A stretch of DNA of 40,264 bases from a virus (Duplodnaviria > Caudoviricetes), in the IMG/VR virus record IMGVR_UViG_3300012921_000060, positions 1 to 40,264 of that record. One strand, 5' to 3'. The position numbers and the translations under genes were made by a program. Position 1 is the stretch's first letter; every line of letters begins with the position of its first letter. Below are positions 25,541 to 35,691 of this stretch, piece by piece. The notes under the pieces were generated by a model, which saw nothing but the letters and a program-made list of their open reading frames with translations, did not search any database and had not been told where the DNA came from.

Positions 25541-25735
25541 ATGGCAAAAATTCGCGTGACCCCGCGCAGCGACGTTTCGGTCGGAACCGAAAACGGCAAG
25601 CGCACGCTCGACGCCAAAGGCGAGACGGTCGAGGACAGCGTCTATTGGCGCCGTCGCGCCAACGAAGGCGACGTCGATCTGGTCGAAGTGCCCGACGCGC
25701 CCGTTAGCGCGGCGAAAAACAAACAAGCGGGCTAA
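25541..25735 (+). CDS. Mu gp38-like protein (DUF2635)
   Basis: GETVEDSVYWRRRANEGDV; precedes the sheath gene. Confidence 0.8.
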   Translation: MAKIRVTPRSDVSVGTENGKRTLDAKGETVEDSVYWRRRANEGDVDLVEVPDAPVSAAKNKQAG

Positions 25736-25787
25736 CGCGCCCGCCAGCTTTTCCGCCCGCCAAGTCTGCCCGTAAGGAGCATCCCCC

Positions 25788-27251
25788 ATGACGATCCCCG
25801 CCACGTCGTTTTCCCAAATCCCGATTTCGCTGCTCACGCCCGGCGCCTTCGTCGAAATCGATCCGACCCGCGCGCTCAAGGGTCTGCCGATCCAGCGCCA
25901 TCGCGTGCTGCTGCTGGGCCAGCGCCTGGCGGCCGGCACGGCCCCGGCCGGCGAAATTCGGCTGGTCTCGGACGCGACGCAAGCGCGCGCCTGGTTCGGC
26001 CAGGGCTCGCAGCTGGCCGCGATCGTCGCCGCCTACAAGGCCGTCGACGACTATACCGAGACCTTCGCGCTGGCGGCCGACGATGCGGGGGCGGGCGTGC
26101 AAGCGACGGGCACGTTCACTTTCGCGGGGCCTGCCACGGCGGCGGGCACGGTCGAGCTTTACATTGCGGGCATCAATGTCGAAGCGGGCGTGGGGTCGGG
26201 CGACACGGCGACCGCGATCGCGACGGCCGTTGCGGCCGCGATCAACGCCAATCTCGACCTGCCCGTCGCTGCCGCGTCGGCGGCAGGCGTGGTGACGCTC
26301 ACCGCGCGCCACAAAGGGTTGCTCGGCAACGACATCGATTTGCGCCACAGCTATTGGACCGGCGAAGCGTTGCCGGCCGGCGTGACGCTCGCGATCGCGA
26401 ATATGGTTGGCGGCACCACGGATCCCGCTTCGACGGCCTTGATCGCGGCGATGGCGGACGAGCGCTTCGATACGATCGTGTGGCCGTGGACCTCCGCAGG
26501 CTCGCTTCTCGATATCAAGAACGAAGCCGCGCGGCGTTTCGGCGCCATGGTGATGCGCGAGACCAGCGTGCACGCGGCCGCGCGCGGATCGGTATCGGCC
26601 CTGCAGACGCTGGGCAACGCGCACAACTCGCCGCATTTGACGATCGCGGACGCGGGCAACGAGCCCACGGCGCCGTGGGTGAAGGCCGCGCAGATCGCCG
26701 CACGCGACGCCTTCGAACCCGATCCGGCGCGCCCGCGCCAGTATCTGACGCTGCCCGGCGTGATGGCGCCGGTACGCGCGTTGCGGCGCACGCAGTCGGA
26801 GGCCAACACGCTGCTGGCGGCCGGCATCGCCACGACCATCGTCGGCGACGACGGCACGGTTTCGATCCAGCGGTTGGTGACGACCTACAAAACCAATCCG
26901 GCCGGAGCGAGCGACGCGGCGTATCTCGATGTCGAGACGATGCGCACGCTCGCCTATCTGCGCTGGTCGATGCGCACGCGCATTTTGCAGCGTTTCCCGC
27001 GCCACAAGCTGGCGGGCGACGACCATCCGGGCGGGCCGACGATCGCCAGGCCCAAAGACATCGTGGCCGAGCTTGTCGCGCTGTTCGTGCAGTGGGAAGC
27101 CGCGGGCCTGGCCGAAGGGCTCGACCAGTTCAAGAAGGACCTGCAGGTCGAGCGCGATGCCGGCAACCCGAACCGCGTCAACGCGCTGGTGCCGCCCGAC
27201 CTCGTCAACCAGTTCCGCGTGTTCGCGGGGCTGCTCCAGTTCCGCCTGTAA
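25788..27251 (+). CDS. Tail sheath protein (Mu gpL-like)
   Basis: PGAFVEID, FGQGSQLA, DPARP, RLVTTY, PPDLVNQFRVFA. Confidence 0.95.
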   Translation: MTIPATSFSQIPISLLTPGAFVEIDPTRALKGLPIQRHRVLLLGQRLAAGTAPAGEIRLVSDATQARAWFGQGSQLAAIVAAYKAVDDYTETFALAADDAGAGVQATGTFTFAGPATAAGTVELYIAGINVEAGVGSGDTATAIATAVAAAINANLDLPVAAASAAGVVTLTARHKGLLGNDIDLRHSYWTGEALPAGVTLAIANMVGGTTDPASTALIAAMADERFDTIVWPWTSAGSLLDIKNEAARRFGAMVMRETSVHAAARGSVSALQTLGNAHNSPHLTIADAGNEPTAPWVKAAQIAARDAFEPDPARPRQYLTLPGVMAPVRALRRTQSEANTLLAAGIATTIVGDDGTVSIQRLVTTYKTNPAGASDAAYLDVETMRTLAYLRWSMRTRILQRFPRHKLAGDDHPGGPTIARPKDIVAELVALFVQWEAAGLAEGLDQFKKDLQVERDAGNPNRVNALVPPDLVNQFRVFAGLLQFRL

Positions 27252-27272
27252 TCGCTTTAGGAGGCTTCGAAG

Positions 27273-27641
27273 ATGCCGAGTGCAAACCAACGGACGGGCC
27301 AGGTCTATATCCGCGTCGGCGGCGAGCTGCTGAAATCGATGCCCGGCGCCACGGCGCGCGGCCTGCTCGGCTTCAAGCGTTCGCCCGTGACCGGCACGCA
27401 AGTGCACGGCTTCATGGAAGAGACCGTGACGCCCGAAATCGAATGCGAAATCAGCCATGGCGCCGATACCTCGCTCGCCAAGCTCAAGGCGATGACCGAC
27501 GTGACGGCGACCTACGAATGCGACTCCGGCGTCACGTTCGTCCTGTCGAACGCTTGGGTCGCCGAAGCCGACGAGCTCAAGGACGGCAAGCTCAAGGTCA
27601 AGATCAACGCGCTGCGCTGCGTCGAGCAGGGCGCGGCCTAA
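27273..27641 (+). CDS. Tail tube protein (Mu gpM-like)
   Basis: G.VYIRVGG...VHGFMEE...IECEI...LSNAW; follows the sheath gene. Confidence 0.88.
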   Translation: MPSANQRTGQVYIRVGGELLKSMPGATARGLLGFKRSPVTGTQVHGFMEETVTPEIECEISHGADTSLAKLKAMTDVTATYECDSGVTFVLSNAWVAEADELKDGKLKVKINALRCVEQGAA

Positions 27642-27653
27642 AGGGAGAAGACG

Positions 27654-27959
27654 ATGTCCGACACGAAGACACCCGACACGATCAAGCTCGTGCTCGGCCA
27701 TCCGATCCAGGTCGAGGGTGCCGAGCTGAAAGAACTGGCGCTGCGCGCCGACGTGCGCGCGCGCGATTTCATGGCGGGCGACGGCATCGTCGGCGAAACC
27801 GCCAAAGCGCTGGCGATCGCGGCGCACCTGGCCGGCGTGCCCGCGCGCAGCCTGCATGCGCTGAAGGCCGCCGACTTCGTGCGGCTGATGGGCCTCATCG
27901 GCCCTTTGTTGCAGGGTGGCCCCGCGACGCCGGCAATGTCGCCGGCGACATCGCCCTGA
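27654..27959 (+). CDS. Tail assembly chaperone
   Basis: Between tube and tape measure; LGHPI...L..ADF pattern. Confidence 0.8.
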   Translation: MSDTKTPDTIKLVLGHPIQVEGAELKELALRADVRARDFMAGDGIVGETAKALAIAAHLAGVPARSLHALKAADFVRLMGLIGPLLQGGPATPAMSPATSP

Positions 27960-28060
27960 TCCTGCATTTCGGCGCGCGCGAAATCGGGGATTTCACGCGT
28001 ACCGAACTGATGTTCTGGCACGCCCAAGCATTGCGCGGCGTGTCCTCTTCGCCAGCGTGA
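27902..28060 (+). CDS. -1 frameshift extension of the chaperone (P2 E'-like)
   Basis: C-CCT-TTG slippery heptamer in the correct phase; the -1 frame reads GDIALILHFGAREIGDFTRTELMFWHAQA. Confidence 0.75.
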   Translation, partial: PFVAGWPRDAGNVAGDIALILHFGAREIGDFTRTELMFWHAQALRGVSSSPA

Positions 28061-28078
28061 CCAAACGGAAAATCGACC

Positions 28079-29815
28079 ATGGCCGGCATGACGGTGCAGC
28101 TCATCTTGCAGGCGATCGACAAGGCGACGGCGCCCATCGCCGCGGTCGGGCGCGCGCTCGACAAAGTCGGCCAGGCGCCGCGCGCGGTCGCGGCGGCCTT
28201 GGGGCGCATCGGCCAGGAGGTCGGCCTTGCCAACGTCGCCGCGCGCGCCAACGTCGCCACGCAAGCGCTTGGCAACGTCGCGGGTGCGGCGGGCGCGGCT
28301 GCGCTCAAGCTCGCCGCCATCGCGGGCGTCGGCGGCGGCGGCCTGTTGGGCCTCGCGCGGGGCACGGCCAACTACAGCGAACAGATTCTGATGCTGTCGG
28401 AAAAGACCGGCATCGCGACCGACCGGTTCCAGGCGCTGGCGTTCGCGGCCGAGCAATCGTCGGTCGGGCCGGAATCCTTTGCCGACGCGATGAAGTTTTT
28501 GAACGCCAACATCACCGAAGCCCTGCAAGGCAACGCCGACGCCAAGCAGTGGTTCGAGGCGGCGGGCGTGTCGATCAACGACGCGTCCGGCAAAGCCAAG
28601 ACCGCCGACGTGATTTTCTTGGAAATGGCCGACGCGTTCCAGAAATCCGGCAATGCGGCGGCCAAGGTCAAGATCGCGATGGGCACGCTGGGGCGCGCGG
28701 GCGTCGATATGATCCCGCTGCTCAACGGCGGCAGCGCGGCCATCGAAGATTTGATGGGCAAAGCCAAAAGCCTGGGGCTGATCCTCGACGGCGATGCGAT
28801 CAAACAGGCCGAAGCGTTCGGCGACAAACTCTCGCAGCTCTGGCAGATCGTCAAAGCGACGGGCATCGCGATCGGCGCCGCGCTGATCCCGCATCTCGAA
28901 CCGCTGATCGACCGCTTCGTCGATCTGGCTGCCGAGCTCAAACCCGTCGTCGCCGCGCGCATCGGCGAATGGTTCCAAAGCCTGGGCGACGTCGTGCCCG
29001 TCGTGATCGACGGACTCGCGCGATTTTGGGACGTGCTGCAGCAAGTGGGCAGCGCCATCGCGTGGGTCGGGGATACGTTCGGTTACGGCACCACCGTTGC
29101 GGTTGCGCTCGGCGCAATGATCGCTGGACCGCTCGTGCTGGCGTTCGCGAACCTGACGATCGCGGCGACGCTGCTCGGCACGTCGCTTGGCGGCGTCTTC
29201 GCGAAGCTGGGCGCGGCGGCGGTGATGCCGGCCGTTGCCGCGTTTGGCGCGCTCTTCACGGCCGTGCGCACGGGCACTGGCATCATGGCCGCGTTCAACA
29301 TCGTGCTGGCTGCGAACCCCGTGGGCTTGATCGTGCTGGGCGTGGTGGCGCTGGGCGCCGCGATCGCGGCGGCCGTGATCTATTGGGACCCGATGATGGA
29401 CGCGATCGCCAAGGTTGGCGACGCGATCAAACAGGGACTCGGCGCCGCGTTCGATTGGATCGGCGCCAAGATCGATTTTGTCGTCGGCGGCGCCACCCGC
29501 GCCCTTGGTGCCATCGTATCGGTGCTGCCCGACGGCGTGCGCCAGGCGCTTGGGTTCGCGGCGCCTGCGGCTGCAGCTGCTGCCGCAGCTACGGGCGGCG
29601 TTGCTTCGGGCGGGGCATCCGCCGCCTTGTCGCGCCAGGCGCCGGCCCAAGCCTTGTCGGCCGGGGCCGCGCGCGGCGCCACGACGCAGGCGGTCGACGG
29701 CCAGATCGTGATCCGCCTGGAGGGCGAGACCCAGCGCGCGCGCGTCGAAGCGATGCGCAGCACCGGTGCGGTCGGCATGGAGCTCGACCTCGGGCCGACG
29801 ATGGTGGCGCCATGA
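28079..29815 (+). CDS. Tape measure protein
   Basis: LILQAIDKATAP N-terminus; Ala/Gly-rich helical sequence; AANPVGL motif. Confidence 0.88.
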   Translation: MAGMTVQLILQAIDKATAPIAAVGRALDKVGQAPRAVAAALGRIGQEVGLANVAARANVATQALGNVAGAAGAAALKLAAIAGVGGGGLLGLARGTANYSEQILMLSEKTGIATDRFQALAFAAEQSSVGPESFADAMKFLNANITEALQGNADAKQWFEAAGVSINDASGKAKTADVIFLEMADAFQKSGNAAAKVKIAMGTLGRAGVDMIPLLNGGSAAIEDLMGKAKSLGLILDGDAIKQAEAFGDKLSQLWQIVKATGIAIGAALIPHLEPLIDRFVDLAAELKPVVAARIGEWFQSLGDVVPVVIDGLARFWDVLQQVGSAIAWVGDTFGYGTTVAVALGAMIAGPLVLAFANLTIAATLLGTSLGGVFAKLGAAAVMPAVAAFGALFTAVRTGTGIMAAFNIVLAANPVGLIVLGVVALGAAIAAAVIYWDPMMDAIAKVGDAIKQGLGAAFDWIGAKIDFVVGGATRALGAIVSVLPDGVRQALGFAAPAAAAAAAATGGVASGGASAALSRQAPAQALSAGAARGATTQAVDGQIVIRLEGETQRARVEAMRSTGAVGMELDLGPTMVAP

Positions 29816-29843
29816 TTGGGGCCCATGCCATGAAGAGGGCGCC

Positions 29844-31265
29844 ATGACCGGTTCAATCGCGCGCGACGTAAAACCCGGCTCGTTTCGCGGCGTGCCGTTC
29901 ATGTGCGCGGTCTCGGCCAGCGACGAAACCGGCCGACGCCTGGCGCTGCATCGCTATCCGCAGCGCGACGAAGCGTTTGCCGAGGACCTCGGCAAAAAGA
30001 GCGAGCCGTTCGAAATCGAAGCGATCGTGCTGGGCAGAGATTGGCTGGCCGCAGCCGAACGGCTCCATGCCGCCTGCGGCCAGGCCGGCCCTGGCGAACT
30101 CGTGCATCCCTGGCTTGGCGTGCGGCGGGTCGTGTGCCAAAGCGCCAAGCGCAGTTTCCAGGCGCGCGAAGGCGGCATCGTCAAATTCGCGCTGACGTTC
30201 TTCGAAGCGGGCGAGAACGTCTATCCGGCCAGCGTGCAGGATGCGGGCCTTGGCGTTCGCGACGCGGCCGACAATGCGATCGGCCCGGCCGAGATCGAGT
30301 TTTCGCGCAGCCTCGCGACCAGGCGCCAAAGCAGCCTCGTCCGCGAACGGCTCAAAGCAGCGCTCGACAATCTGCGCGGCGGTGCAAGCGACGCGTTCGG
30401 CTCTGCCCGAAATTCCCTTGGCTTCGAGAATGCGCAAACCGGCGACACGCTCGATATCGCCCGCGACATTTTGGGGGCGAGCGACGACGCGCTCGGTTTT
30501 GCCGACGGGGCGTTGGGCGGCGTCAGGAATGCCGGGGTTGGCGGGCGCGGCGCGTTGTCGGGCCTGTCGTCGCTGCTGTTGGGCGACTACGGCGATTTGA
30601 TGGATCGGCCGTCCGCGCTTGCGCGGCGCACGTCGTCGATCGCGCGGCTGCTGTCCTATGCCGACGCGAACCCGGCCCACGGCGCCCGTCGCGTGCAGAG
30701 CTGGAACGCCAGCGGCAACGCCTGGCGCACCGACACGATCAGCGCTTCGACCGTGCGCCAGGCGCAAACGCTGTCCGCCGGTACGCCAGCCCAATCTACG
30801 CCGGCCCACTCTACGCCAGCGCGTGCCACGGCCGCGCGCAACGAACGCGCGCTCGGCGAATTGCTCGACCGCGCAAGTCTTGCGGCCGAGGCGCGCCGCG
30901 CGCCCGATCGCAGCTTCGACAGCCGCGAGGCGGCGCTCGCGTATCGCGACGATCTGGCGGCGCGCCTGGGCACCGCCGCCCGGCGCGCGGCCGATCTTGG
31001 CGACGATGGCAGCGCCGCCGCGCTGCTAACGCTGCGGGCGCGCGTGTCGGCCGACCTCACGCAACGCGCCGGGTCGCTCGACCGCGTCGCCCGGCTAAGC
31101 CCGCGCGCGACGCAGCCCGCCTTCCAGCTCGCGTGGCAGATCTACGGCGACGATCCGGCGGCCGTCGCCGATCGCGCCGACGAAATCGCGCGGCGCAACC
31201 GCGTGCGCCATCCCGGTTTCGTTGCGGGCGGCCGGACGCTCGAGGTGCTGCTCGATGGCCGCTAA
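29844..31265 (+). CDS. Mu gpN-like DNA circularization protein
   Basis: GSFRGVPF...GRR...H.YP.RD...EDLG, GELVHPWLG, RN.VRHPGFV. Confidence 0.9.
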   Translation: MTGSIARDVKPGSFRGVPFMCAVSASDETGRRLALHRYPQRDEAFAEDLGKKSEPFEIEAIVLGRDWLAAAERLHAACGQAGPGELVHPWLGVRRVVCQSAKRSFQAREGGIVKFALTFFEAGENVYPASVQDAGLGVRDAADNAIGPAEIEFSRSLATRRQSSLVRERLKAALDNLRGGASDAFGSARNSLGFENAQTGDTLDIARDILGASDDALGFADGALGGVRNAGVGGRGALSGLSSLLLGDYGDLMDRPSALARRTSSIARLLSYADANPAHGARRVQSWNASGNAWRTDTISASTVRQAQTLSAGTPAQSTPAHSTPARATAARNERALGELLDRASLAAEARRAPDRSFDSREAALAYRDDLAARLGTAARRAADLGDDGSAAALLTLRARVSADLTQRAGSLDRVARLSPRATQPAFQLAWQIYGDDPAAVADRADEIARRNRVRHPGFVAGGRTLEVLLDGR

Positions 31266-32337
31266 TCTTGCCTCGACCAACAGGCCCGAATTTTCGCCGC
31301 TCACGCTGAGCGTCGCGGGCGAGGTCTTCGGCGGCTGGAAATCCGCGCGCGTGCGGACCTCCATCGAAAACCTCGCGGGCGGTTTCACGGTCACGGCCAG
31401 CGAGCGGTGGCCCGCCTCGAATGGCGGAACTTCCGGTCGGCGCATCCGCACCGGCGACCGCGTGACGCTGGCGATCGGCGGCGCGCCGGTCGTGACGGGC
31501 GCCATCGACGCCGTGCGCGTGCGCTATGCGGACGACACGCACGAGCTGGAGTTCTCGGGCCGCGACGCGACGGGCGACCTGGTCGACTGTTCGGCCGACC
31601 ACGATCCCGGCGAATGGCGCGGCTTGAAGCTGGAGCAGATCGCGCAAATCCTGGCCGACCCGTTCGGCGTCAAGGTGCGCGTATCGGGCAATACCGGCAA
31701 GCCGTTCGAGTATTTCCGCCTCACCGACGGCGAAACGGTCGGCGCCGCGCTCGAACGTCTGTGCCGGCATCGCGGCTTGCTGCGCGTGGCGGACGGCATC
31801 GGCGGCCTGGCGCTGACGCGCGCGGGCACCTCGCGCGCCCCGGCTGCGATCGTGCTGGGGCAAAACGCGCTCGAAGCGTCGGGCGAGTTCGACGACAGCC
31901 AGCGCTTCAGCCAGTACCGCGTCAAGGGCCAGCACCCGATGGTCGATCTGCAGGCGGCCGAACAGGTCGTATCGCCCTCGGCGATCGTGCGCGATCGCGG
32001 CATGGGGCGCCATCGCCCGCTGACCGTGATCGCCGAAGAACCGGGTTCCGAAGACCAATACGCCACGCGCGCGACGTGGGAAGCCAACATGCGCTACGGC
32101 AAAAGCCGGCGCGCGAGCTACACGCTGGCCGGGTGGAGCGCGGCTGGCGTTCTGTGGCGGCCCAACGCGATCGTGCATGTGCGCGATCCGTTCGTCGGCA
32201 TCGACGAAGACATGCTGATCGTCGGCGTCGATTTCAGCCTCGACGAACAGGGCAGCCGCACGCAGATTTCGGTCGCGCGCAAAGAAGCCTTCGATCTGCG
32301 CCCGATGCCCGATCCCAAGACGCCGGTGTCGCTGTGA
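31255..32337 (+). CDS. Baseplate hub (Mu gpP/gp44-like)
   Basis: FGGWKS, GRDATGDLVDCS, RFSQYRVKGQ, LWRPN. Confidence 0.9.
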   Translation: MAANLASTNRPEFSPLTLSVAGEVFGGWKSARVRTSIENLAGGFTVTASERWPASNGGTSGRRIRTGDRVTLAIGGAPVVTGAIDAVRVRYADDTHELEFSGRDATGDLVDCSADHDPGEWRGLKLEQIAQILADPFGVKVRVSGNTGKPFEYFRLTDGETVGAALERLCRHRGLLRVADGIGGLALTRAGTSRAPAAIVLGQNALEASGEFDDSQRFSQYRVKGQHPMVDLQAAEQVVSPSAIVRDRGMGRHRPLTVIAEEPGSEDQYATRATWEANMRYGKSRRASYTLAGWSAAGVLWRPNAIVHVRDPFVGIDEDMLIVGVDFSLDEQGSRTQISVARKEAFDLRPMPDPKTPVSL

Positions 32338-32350
32338 AGGGGGGCACGCC

Positions 32351-32911
32351 ATGAGCTCGCTGCTTGCCCATCTGCAAGCGCGCGTGGCCGGCCTGATCGG
32401 CCGCTGCCTGTTGCGCGCGATCGCGAGCGAGACCGGCGGCTTCCGCAAACTGCAGGTGCAGGTGCGCGCGGGCACCGTGCGCGACGACGTCGAACAGTTC
32501 GAAGCCTACGGACTCGCGGCCAGTCCGCACGTCGCCGACAATCCGCAAGGCATCTATGCCGAGCTTGGCGGGTCTGCGAGCCATCCCGTGGTTATCTTGG
32601 TGCATGCGGCGGCGCCGCGACCGCGCGATCTTCTGCCGGGCGAAGTGGCGCTCTATTCGCGTTTCGGCCAGCTGCTGAAGTTGGACGCCGCCGGCAATCT
32701 CACGATCTCGGCGCCCGGCAAGATCGAGCTTGTCGCGGGCAGCACGATGGAGCTTGCCGCGACCGGCGAAACAAGGCTGCGCTCGGCCGCGCGCACTGTC
32801 GTCGAGTGCAACGGCCACGGCACGGCGATCCTGCCCGACAGGATCGACAGTTGGACCATCGGCGCGGTTGCCGGCGCGACGGCCCCAATCGCTGCGCCGC
32901 GCCTGCCATGA
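32351..32911 (+). CDS. Baseplate spike (Mu gp45-like)
   Basis: VEQFEAYGL.ASP...GGS.SH...RP..L.PGEVALY. Confidence 0.85.
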   Translation: MSSLLAHLQARVAGLIGRCLLRAIASETGGFRKLQVQVRAGTVRDDVEQFEAYGLAASPHVADNPQGIYAELGGSASHPVVILVHAAAPRPRDLLPGEVALYSRFGQLLKLDAAGNLTISAPGKIELVAGSTMELAATGETRLRSAARTVVECNGHGTAILPDRIDSWTIGAVAGATAPIAAPRLP

Positions 32912-32924
32912 TGGAGATGCCGTG

Positions 32925-33428
32925 ATGGATCTGGCGCTGAATTTCGACGCCAAGAATTTGCGCAGCGACCTGGCCGTGTCGGCGGGCGATCTTGCCAGCG
33001 ACGGCGGCCTCGCGTCGGCCGTGGTCGTGTCGCTGTTCACCGATGCGCGTGCGCTGCCGGGCGACCGCCTGCCGGACGAAGCGGCCCCGCCGTGGGACCA
33101 GCTGTCGGTGCCGCAGGCGTTTTCGGATCGGCGCGGATTTTGGGGCGACGCGATCGATCCCATTCTGGCGAACGGCAAGCAGCGCGTCACGGGTTCCCGG
33201 CTTTGGCTTTTGCGCCGCGAAAAAATGCTGCCCGAAACGCTGGCACGCGCCGAAGCCTACGCGCGCGAGGCGCTGGCTTGGCTCGTCGAAGACGGCATCG
33301 CCCGTCGCATCGATGTGGCCGCGAGCGCCGAGCGCGAGTGCTGGCTCGTTCTGACCGTGTCGATCTACCGGCCCGACGGGCTGCGCTTCGAAAAAATCTG
33401 GACGCTGGGTGCGGGAGGGACGCGCTGA
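32925..33428 (+). CDS. Baseplate protein (Mu gp46-like)
   Basis: AVVVSLFTD.RA, RRGFWGD, GSRLWLLRREK, YAREALAWL.EDG. Confidence 0.9.
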   Translation: MDLALNFDAKNLRSDLAVSAGDLASDGGLASAVVVSLFTDARALPGDRLPDEAAPPWDQLSVPQAFSDRRGFWGDAIDPILANGKQRVTGSRLWLLRREKMLPETLARAEAYAREALAWLVEDGIARRIDVAASAERECWLVLTVSIYRPDGLRFEKIWTLGAGGTR

Positions 33429-34483
33429 TGGCGTTCGACCGTCCCACGCTTTCGGCCCTGGTCGCGCGCGCCGAGACCGACCTTGCCGCCTACATGCCCG
33501 AGGCCGACGCGCTGTTGCGCCAAGGCGTGCTGCCCGCCTTGCTGCGCACGCAAGCGGGCGCTGCCAGCGGGCTCTATGCGTATCTCGATTGGATGGCGCT
33601 GCAGTTGCTGCCGGACACGGCGACGGGCGAGGAACTCGCGCGCCACGCATCCTTGTGGGGCATCGCGCGCAAAGCGGCGGTTGCCGCCACGGGCACGGCG
33701 ACCATCGCAGGCACCGACGGCGCGGCCGTGCCGGCCGCAACGCAGCTCTTGCGCAGCGACGGCGCGTCGTATCGCACTCTGGCTTTGGCCACCGTCGCAG
33801 GCGGCACGGCGACGCTCTCGTTAGCGGCCGACCTGGCCGGGATTGGCGCTAACGCCGCCACCGCGACCAAGCTGCGCTTCGTGTCGCCGATCGCGGGCGT
33901 GTCGGGCGAAGCGATCGTGGCCGCACCGGGGCTTGCCGGCGGCGTCGCAGTCGAAAGCGACGATGCGTTGCGCGCCCGTATCCTCGCGCGCATCCAGGCG
34001 CCGCCCAACGGCGGCAATGCCGCCGACTACGTGCAATGGGCGCTGGCGCAGCCCGGCGTCACGCGCGCCTGGGTATCGCCGCACGAGCTGGGTATCGGCA
34101 CCGTCACGCTGCGCTTCATGTGCGACGCCGCCGCGTCGCCGGTGCCCGATGCGGGCAAGGTCGCCAGCGTGCAGGCGGCCCTCGATATCCTGCGCCCCGT
34201 GACGGCGCAGCTCGCCGTCGTGGCGCCCGTCGCCAATCCGATCGCGTTCCAGATCGCGATCGTGCCAGCGTCGGCCGCCGTGCAAACGGCCGTCGAAGCC
34301 GAGCTGCGCGATCTGATCGCGCGCGATGCGGTGCCGGGCGGCACGTTGCTGCTGAGCCGCATGCGCGAAGCCGTGTCGATCGCCTCGGGCGAGACCGACA
34401 ACCAGATCGTGGCACCCGCCGCGAACGTCGTTTCGGCCACCGGTCAAATCGCGACGTTCGGTTCCATCGCGTGGGTGCCGTAA
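33428..34483 (+). CDS. Baseplate J-like protein (Mu gp47)
   Basis: FDRPTL, QLLPDTA, ESDDALRAR...PP.GG...DY..WAL..PGVTRAW. Confidence 0.92.
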   Translation: MAFDRPTLSALVARAETDLAAYMPEADALLRQGVLPALLRTQAGAASGLYAYLDWMALQLLPDTATGEELARHASLWGIARKAAVAATGTATIAGTDGAAVPAATQLLRSDGASYRTLALATVAGGTATLSLAADLAGIGANAATATKLRFVSPIAGVSGEAIVAAPGLAGGVAVESDDALRARILARIQAPPNGGNAADYVQWALAQPGVTRAWVSPHELGIGTVTLRFMCDAAASPVPDAGKVASVQAALDILRPVTAQLAVVAPVANPIAFQIAIVPASAAVQTAVEAELRDLIARDAVPGGTLLLSRMREAVSIASGETDNQIVAPAANVVSATGQIATFGSIAWVP

Positions 34484-35085
34484 TGGCGGCGCTCCACAGC
34501 ATCGACGACTATCGCGACCAGCTCGTCGCCTTGCTGCCGCCAGGGGCGGCGTGGATCACCGAGCCCGGCTCGACGCGCTGGCAGCTGCTCACAGCCTTGG
34601 CGGCCGAGCTTGCGCGCATCGATGCGCGCGCGGCCGATCTGCGCGAAGAAGCCGACCCGCGCGACACGGCCGAGCTGCTGCCGGACTGGGAGCGCGTGGC
34701 GGGACTGCCGGATCCGTGCGCGGGCCAGGCTTCGACGCTGGCCGAACGCCGCCAGCGCCTGGTGCGCGCCTTGACCGCGCGCGGCGGACAGTCCCGCGCG
34801 TATTTCATCGGCGTGGCCGCCAAGCTCGGTTTCGCCGTGACCATCGAAGAGTTCCGCCCGTTCCTGTGCACGAGCGACTGCGACGACGCGCTCAATCCCG
34901 CTGCGGCCGGCTGGCCGTTCGTGTGGCGCGTGCGCGCGCCCGCAGAGACCGTGCGGCCGTTCACCGCAAACTCGGGTTGCAACGAGCCGTTGAACGCGTG
35001 GGGCAACCAGATTTTGGAATGCGTGATCGGCCGTCTGAAGCCGGCGCACACGACCGTTTTCTTTGCCTATGGAGCGCCGACATGA
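34483..35085 (+). CDS. Mu gp48/YmfQ-like baseplate protein (DUF2313)
   Basis: LLPPG.AW, ELLPDWERV.GLPD.C, GGQSRAYF, LEC.I.RLKPAHT. Confidence 0.9.
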   Translation: MAALHSIDDYRDQLVALLPPGAAWITEPGSTRWQLLTALAAELARIDARAADLREEADPRDTAELLPDWERVAGLPDPCAGQASTLAERRQRLVRALTARGGQSRAYFIGVAAKLGFAVTIEEFRPFLCTSDCDDALNPAAAGWPFVWRVRAPAETVRPFTANSGCNEPLNAWGNQILECVIGRLKPAHTTVFFAYGAPT

Positions 35086-35675
35086 AACGCATCGACACGA
35101 CCACGAAGCACGTCGACAAATTCGGCGCCGGGAAACACGGCTTCAAAGACGGCAATACCGAGACCGGCGATCCCGCGACCGCGCTCAACGCCGCTATGTT
35201 CGACATGTTCCAGGAGGAGATGGCCGCCGTCGTCGAGGGTGCGGGCATGGCGCTCAATCCGGCCAACAACGCGCAGATGTTTGCCGCGATCAATTCGCTG
35301 ATCGCCGCCAGCACGCCGGCCGGCGTCGCGTATCTTGGCGTCGTGCAGGCCTGGACGCGCGCGCAACGCTACGCGGTGTCGGCACTGGTCGATGGCGCCT
35401 CGATCGCATGGGACCTCGACACCCAGCCGCTCGCGCGCGTGACGCTCGGCGGCAACCGGACCTTTGCGGCACCCTCGAATATCCGCGACGGCGGCTTCGT
35501 GTATCTGGAAGCGATCCAGGACGGCACGGGCAACCGCACGGCCGCCTGGAACGCCGTTTTCGATTTCGGGCTCGAAGGCCTGCCTGTGCTGCCCACGGCT
35601 GCCGGCAAAAGCGCCACTTTCGTTTTCCAGCCGAACGCGACGTCGCTGCGCTGCGTCGGGCGTTGGTCGAATTGA
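35082..35675 (+). CDS. Short tail-fibre base protein
   Basis: MKRID...DKFGAGKHGF.DGN...AT...QEE fibre N-terminus, then TLGGNRT...QDGTGNRT..W small domain. Confidence 0.8.
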   Translation: MKRIDTTTKHVDKFGAGKHGFKDGNTETGDPATALNAAMFDMFQEEMAAVVEGAGMALNPANNAQMFAAINSLIAASTPAGVAYLGVVQAWTRAQRYAVSALVDGASIAWDLDTQPLARVTLGGNRTFAAPSNIRDGGFVYLEAIQDGTGNRTAAWNAVFDFGLEGLPVLPTAAGKSATFVFQPNATSLRCVGRWSN

Positions 35676-35691
35676 TCGAGAGGATTGGCCG

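Noticed and set aside
30782-30820. Short in-frame tandem repeats (TPAQSTPAHSTPA in gpN; also GIWAPGIWA in the protease and KDEKPPKDEKP in the gp35-like gene)
   Set aside because: Two or three copies of 15-18 nt in probable linkers are ordinary slippage duplications, not CRISPR, DGR or phase-variation tracts.
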